From Octopus sinensis (lineage: Eukaryota): 64,000 bases of DNA. Where the stretch lies: assembly GCF_006345805.1 (NCBI RefSeq), contig NC_043015.1, forward strand, positions 12,648,001 to 12,712,000, written 5' to 3'. A program made the translations under genes and the position numbers. The notes under the pieces are model-generated. The model did no database searches. It was not told the DNA's origin and was given only the letters and a program-made list of their open reading frames with translations. Below are positions 57,830-64,000 of this stretch, in pieces. Each line of letters opens with the position of its first letter. Position 1 is the first letter of the stretch.

Positions 57830-58700
57830 GCTTTGTCCTTTTTTGGTTCTTGTTTAGACAGGTTCTTTCACTCACAACATACTTGCTGCAGACTTCCATC
57901 TTTTACGAAACACACTTTGCGACGGGTATTTCTTCTCCAGCCTTATTTTCCGTTTCATGTGGAAAACGAAAAAGTTGATTAGCTCGAGACTGGAGATGAA
58001 CATGCCTGCTACAATTCCTTTCACTCACATCTTCCATACTACCTCTTTCGCAACAGCAACTACCGAGAGAAAACAAGCTTGCTCCTCCCTATTGAGGGAG
58101 GGCGGTGGATCGATCTTGATTACAGATTCACTCAACAGTTGTACTCTTCTCAAATGTGATAGCAGGTGTTCAACATAAGCCCAGAGTCCAGTCACCTTGG
58201 GGCACTGAACAATCGCATGCAGGACAGTTTCACTGTCCTGCTTGCATCTTGCACAAACCGGTGAAGGTGCACACCTATGTCTAGAGAGCTTATCTCGAAC
58301 CGGTAAAGCTCCTTTGTAACATTGCCAGGTCAGGGACTTTTGGTAATTATCCATAGGCCCCGGCCTGAATGTTCTTTGGAACAGGTTGGCCAGTTGATCG
58401 TCGAAGCCTAGGGTTTCTTCCAGGACATCATCACACTTGGACTCTACTAACTCTCTATAGAAGAATGAGGTAGTACCCCCGCCACTGGCATTGCCCAACT
58501 GGGGAAGAAGCGTGAGTGCCTGATGGCACTCTACATGCCACACGTCCAACCTCGGTTTACACTTGATCCATGGGTCCAGTTTGGTAAATGATGTGAACTG
58601 TGGAAATAACAGATTGATGAACGGACACCACACCTGCTCACCATTCAGGTAAAACCAGCAGTGCCTAAGCCTGAGCGCATGTCTGCGCATTTTTAACCAG
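57830..58700 (-). mobile_element. Tx1/L1-like LINE 3' fragment (zf-RVT region)
   Basis: W.CYKGALPVRDKL..CARCKQDSETVLHAIVQCP. Confidence 0.8.
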
Positions 58701-59365
58701 GGCTATAGTCATAGGTTGATTGAAGCCATATGAGCACATTTAGTAGACAGTAACTGAAAGAAGCCTGTCATATTTATCTGTCTATCTATCTATATATATA
58801 TATATATATATGAAATAAATCGTTTTTAAACCTGCTTCTGCCTCTCCTGCAGGTGCTAACCTGCAACAGGTTAAGTGAACCATTAACAGCATTGATCTCA
58901 CCATTTCAGAGGGTCTGCAAAGGACATGGGCACTAACTCCTTCCTCTAGGCCCAACAAATGAAAAAAAAATGTCCAAGGTGTTGGCCTCATGATTGTAAA
59001 ATAATGGGTTTGTTTTCTGTAGCAGACTATGTGAAGCTCTTGAACAAAGCACTTCATTTCACATTGTTCCAAAGACTTGGCTGAAAATGAGTAACATCTG
59101 CAACTGGGATTAACCTTGGGATAGACTAGCATCTGATGTAAGGGAAGCCTTTATCAACTATAGAAAGATTTATCACAATAGCCATAGTTAACCATGGCCT
59201 TGACTGACACACACAGACACAAGTAAAACAGAACACTAACAAATTTCTTTGGTGGAAATAAAAGTGTCTATCTCTCTGATTAGTTAAGTGTGATAAGGCC
59301 ATCATTAGATTGTAATTAAGAAACATTAAAAGTTGATTTCAAAATCATAAATAAAAATGACTTAC

Positions 59366-59545
59366 TTTGCTTTCACTAAAATGATTGCATTGCTGGCATT
59401 TATAGCTTTATTGATGGTTTCACTAAAAGTCTGAATGTCTTCACAGGTATAATCACCCCAATTGTTTGCATTAATTTGAGTGATTTTATTTTTCCCCTCT
59501 TCATATGAATAGAATTCTCCATGATACCAATTGGGAAAGTACAGG
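59366..59545 (-). CDS. Uncharacterised Cys-rich extracellular protein (tentatively DUF7042/7043/7044-type), exon A; 5' exons not found in window
   Basis: tacag| and |gtaag, 180 nt, phase 2-2; LYFPNWYHGEFYSYEEG..WGDYTCEDI..ILVKA. Confidence 0.75.
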
Positions 59546-59899
59546 CTGTAATACATCAAAAGAAATAGATTTTTTGAAACAAAATTTTTAATTGTTTTCC
59601 TACATAAAGTCCATGTTAAGGTTATCTAGATATTATTTTGCATTGGCTACCACTGTGAAACAGAATGATATGAACATTATTAATAAGGAAAGGAGGTAAA
59701 CAAGAGTTGCATTAATTAAATAAGTGTCAGAGATGTAAATAACAGTGTACAATATTTACAAATACAACAGGAAATGTAAAATATAAACAGGAGTGCATCA
59801 TTAGAACAACTTAATATGTAGAAAGTTTTTGTTCTTTCTTATTATCAAGTATAATAAATTCCACGCCCCTCAACTGTTACATTAGTGCAACTGTTTATT

Positions 59900-61812
59900 T
59901 TCTCACCAGCATCTAAATAATCAGGTACTCCAAAGATACCTTGAATGTTGTAATCACCTTGTTTTTGATGCTAGTTGTATGTAAGTTACTCCTTGACCAG
60001 ATCCAGTTAGAATTCTTTATGATTGATTTTGCCATTGCTTTTTGGGCTCTGGTTTTATTTTCCCCAGATACTGAGAGCTGTTTCATGCAATCATAAGAAG
60101 ATTCGCCCACAAACCAGTTTGCTCTCAATCAGATTATTTCAAGTTGTTGGTTAAAGTGCTTCTATGAGTTCAGTGAGAATCACTTGTTTTGAGGAAAGTG
60201 GAGTACAGTATCTGATCTCAAACAACCTCTTGTTGACTTATTCATTTTTTTGAAAGGTCTGCTGAACACACCCAGTTATCCACTCCATCCTGTAGACTCC
60301 ACCAGCATTATCCAGTTGGCACAACTGTTTCAAGCCATAAATTTTTTCCATGTGATGTGCAGAACTTTGGTGGAGCTTCTGCTAGCATAGTCTTTCCTGT
60401 TACAGTGCAAATCTGTGTGTTTCGCTTGGGCTATTGTTGCTTTGAATGAGATCAGCAAATATTCCACTATTTGCTTTAACAGAACAGGTATGCATGAACA
60501 CCTGATTTCTACCATTTTACTAGGTTTGTATTCAAAGACAGAAGGTCATATACAGATCTAAGGGCAAAGCTGATCCTAAAAGGAACCACATGCCATGTCA
60601 ATCCGGCTGAGACTTCTTCGGAATGCACTCTCCCACAATGTCTATCATCCTTGTTGGCCCTGCTGGGCTGCTTTCAGAATTCTTTTGCCATTCTTTTCTC
60701 CATTTCCTGCATTATCATGTATATTTTTGTTTTACTTTCTGCTTTGACAACCATTATTTTAAGCCTAGTTGTTGCCTACAAGGTTGCACACATCCACTTA
60801 TTTCTGTAATTTTGAAGCTTTCCTTTGCCTCTTTAACTTCCAGTTTTCAGCTTGCCTTAACATTGTATCCCGAGTCCTCAAGCATACATAGGAACCTTGC
60901 TTTTCAGTCTTGTACTCCTGCACAATGAGGTTTAGGGGTAGTTTCAGCTTTGCTTAGTGACAGAGAGACTAACACTACACCAGATCATTTCCTTGTATAT
61001 TTGTTAATCTTGGCTTCTATCATTTCCACTATGCTAGTGGTAATAGTGTATATGGGCAGAGGCCAGAAGAGCAGTATGATCAGCACACACTGCAGGTATC
61101 TGATGTATTTGTCAGTGAGGCCACATAGATCTATTGCCTGCAAGCTTTCCTCAGCCATTTGCATTGATACATTTCCCTTTTCTTGTATCATTCAGGGAAT
61201 CACCATACCACCTTTCAAGGCTATAGACTGGTTCTTCTGCCACTGTTGGAATGGGTTAGTTGGCTACAGTGAACATGACCATACCAGTTACTCTCCCTTT
61301 CTGTAGTGAGAGGCTCTGCAATTCTTTGATTTGAAATTCATCCTAGGTCAGGTGACCTGCTTGTCTAACCACTTCAGTATTTGACATATTTCATCTTCTG
61401 TAGAAAGGACCGTTTTTAGAAGGAGCATTTGATAGTCATCTCCAAGGTCTGCTTGATCTATACCACTTACTGCTGCTTTCATGATGAATTCTACAGCAAG
61501 TATGAACAGTATTTGAGAAATGACAGTATATTGCTATGGCTACTTCCAAATTGAGTCAATCTGCCAGGAAATCCTTTCTGAAGGATCACAGTCAGAAGTC
61601 ATGGAAGTACTTTTTCAGCAATTCGTTGATTGTGTTTGAGGTATGATATACCTCAGGAGCCAGCTGGGTCATCTTGCATGAGACTGATCCACAGGGCCAG
61701 ATCAAGCCAAATGACATTAAGTTCCTGTTGCTTTGCTCTAGCTCTATGGATTACCTGCTAGATTATTGATGCATGTTCTATACCTCCAGACACACCTGGG
61801 ATGTCTTTTTCA
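59900..61812 (-). mobile_element. Degenerate RLE-type (NeSL/HERO-like) LINE; inverted fragment at about 56770-57020
   Basis: GVSG.IEHAS..VIWLDLA and AFMMKAAVSG..DLGDD RT-like motifs; 56770-57020 (+) matches 61560-61812 (-). Confidence 0.6.
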
Positions 61813-62649
61813 TGAACTGTCATATCCTATGAAACATTCAAATAACATTTTGAATAACTATCAGAAACAGTTCAGATTTCTATTTTTCTTACTGGTCTAA
61901 TTGAAACATTTAACAAATTTTGTTCTTTTAAATTAGTACTCTAGTAGTCATTAGATAGCTTATTCCAGAACCATTTATATATTCCTATGATGAAGGCCAG
62001 TTTGTATGTTCACAATCAATTTTGATAACTAATTGCATAAAAGCCTCTATCTAGTCAACCACCTTGCTAGAAATCCTAACTAAATTCATTCAATCCTCAC
62101 CCTATTACCTTGAAAAGAAAAGTCAGGATACACTGGCTAATGTAGTCTTTGATATACAAAAAGACAGTCACAACTGGAAAAACTTTTAACCATAAGATTG
62201 CTGAATTAAGGATTGACCTGGGACTATCAAAATCATCTAATATCTATTTTCCATGACGGTATGGGTTGGATGGTTTGACAGATCTTGATGAGCTGCAGAG
62301 TCACATCAGGCCCCAGTTGACATTGTTTCTACAGAGCGATGCTCTTCCTAATGCTAACCACAGATGGTAGCGGCAAGGTGCCAGAGCGCACTCTCAAGGT
62401 ACTAGAAGGTGATTATAAGGGAGAATATAGATTGTGGATCAGGAAGGAAGGAAGGAAAGGATGGGTACTTTCATAACAATAATACTAAGAAATGATTATG
62501 AGTTGTAATTGCTTGATAACTGACTTGATCTAAAATGTGTCAGAGGTGAAACATCAGAGGAATCATGCTAGCCTTTTAAAACATGCATATACTGTTACAT
62601 TAATTTCATTTTACATTGATACATAATAATATATTTTTCTTTTGTGTTT

Positions 62650-63720
62650 TAGCTACCATGTCCAGAATATAGGACATAGGCAATCATGCCTTGCCACAAT
62701 TCTCTGTTCCTTGCTTTCTGTAACAGTTCCACTTCCTGATGTTTAATGCCTCTTTCTCCCAAACATTTTGTCAAGCTTGACATCCATATCATCCTACTCC
62801 TTCCTCTGCTTCTTTCCCCTTCAATCTTTCTGGTCGTCGCTAAATTCTCCAGGCTCTCTTTCTTCATCATACGACCAGGAAATCTCCATTGCATATCTCT
62901 TATCTCATGAAGCAGTTTCCTATTTACCGCAGCCTGGGTCATCAATTTTTCATTAGACACCTTTTCTGTCCATGTTCTCCTCAATACTCTCCTTCAGAAC
63001 CACATTTCACAACTCTCCAAGTACTTTCTCATTCCTGATGTTATAGACTTTGTCTCACTTCCATACGTTGACACAGAGTAGACATAGCAATTTAATATGC
63101 AGATCCTGGTATTGATGTTCAGAGTATGGTTTCTCAAGATGTTATACAATACTTAGAATGCAGATTTTGCCAGCACTATTTGCATTTTGATCTCTTTCAC
63201 ATATCTTCAAATCTTTTTGAAGGTAGTTGAAAGATGATACCTGCTTAATGATTTAGTTGTTCCCTTTCAGCATGCACTTTGAGTTTCCCTTGCTCCCACT
63301 GCTCCTGATTTCTTCAGGAGTGCAATAAAGACAGATTTACCCAGATCTTCTGGAAATTTCCCATCTTCATAGATCTTGCATATTATATCTGTCAGTTTTC
63401 TAATTCCATAATCCTCTAATGCTTTGTTCATCTCAATGACAATTCCATCTGGCCCAACAGCTTTGTTTTTTCCCTTTCATCATTTTGATGACTGCCTGTA
63501 CTTCAGATGGCAGGATCTTTGGACCCTCATAAGGGTCAGGCAAACCAGACAAGGTTGCTCTTGCATCATGAAATAAATTTCCTATACACTCTATTTATTG
63601 CAAATGTCAATCTTCTCAATCAGCATGGTATCATCCTTTGCTCTGATATACCCAGAATCTGAGCATCCTGACTTTCTGCCAGAAATCACATTTATCTTCT
63701 GATGTACTTTGTAGCCTACT
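62650..63720 (-). mobile_element. RTE (BovB-like) LINE fragment
   Basis: RRTWTEKVSNE..IEGERSRGRSRMIW; KAVGPDGI upstream. Confidence 0.75.
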
Positions 63721-63746
63721 GGTAGAATACAAAGTATGTTAGTAGA

Positions 63747-63779
<33 letters not shown>

Positions 63780-64000
63780 TTTTTTTCTGCCTTTAACCCT
63801 CCAACGCGGAGTATAGGCCACTTATAATTGAATTCCATGTCGCAAAATTTTTCGCTTCTGTACTTATATTCTGCCATGAATGTCCCCCTTTCTCTAGTTC
63901 CTTTTGTGTTGATCTCCACCACGAGTTCTTAGGCCTACCTCTCCTTCTATATACATCCAGATTCCAATGTAAAGCACTTTTCGCTACATTTGGTGTGTCT

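Overview
AT-rich, repeat-dense animal genomic DNA. The SINE families, compound microsatellites and Helitron/RTE/Dong/Penelope relics suggest an octopus (coleoid cephalopod); this is inference. Two spliced genes converge tail-to-tail. (1) The + strand carries the last 7 coding exons (1764-22674, 644 aa in phase) of a SHOC1/ZIP2-like meiotic crossover factor, recognised from its XPF/HhH-region motifs and C-terminal [13 protein letters not shown] motif. (2) The - strand carries 13 coding exons (59545-24340, 611 aa in phase) of an uncharacterised Cys-rich extracellular protein with a hydrophobic, probably GPI-type tail; its exon sizes and phases record an ancient internal duplication. The most striking non-genic signal is a set of sequence-unrelated minimal type-I hammerhead-ribozyme folds, all on the - strand (3992-4034, 12597-12660, 13757-13839, 38926-38985, degenerate 3584-3685). 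One carries the compensatory U3-A8 core pair. They are probably pseudo-LTRs of Penelope-like elements or retrozyme-like units. Introns also hold long inverted repeats (candidate dsRNA/ADAR substrates), a Helitron family with an internally deleted helicase-bearing member, and several short locally templated duplications, one of them a partial exon copy. All calls were made by eye without database searches; repeat boundaries are approximate.
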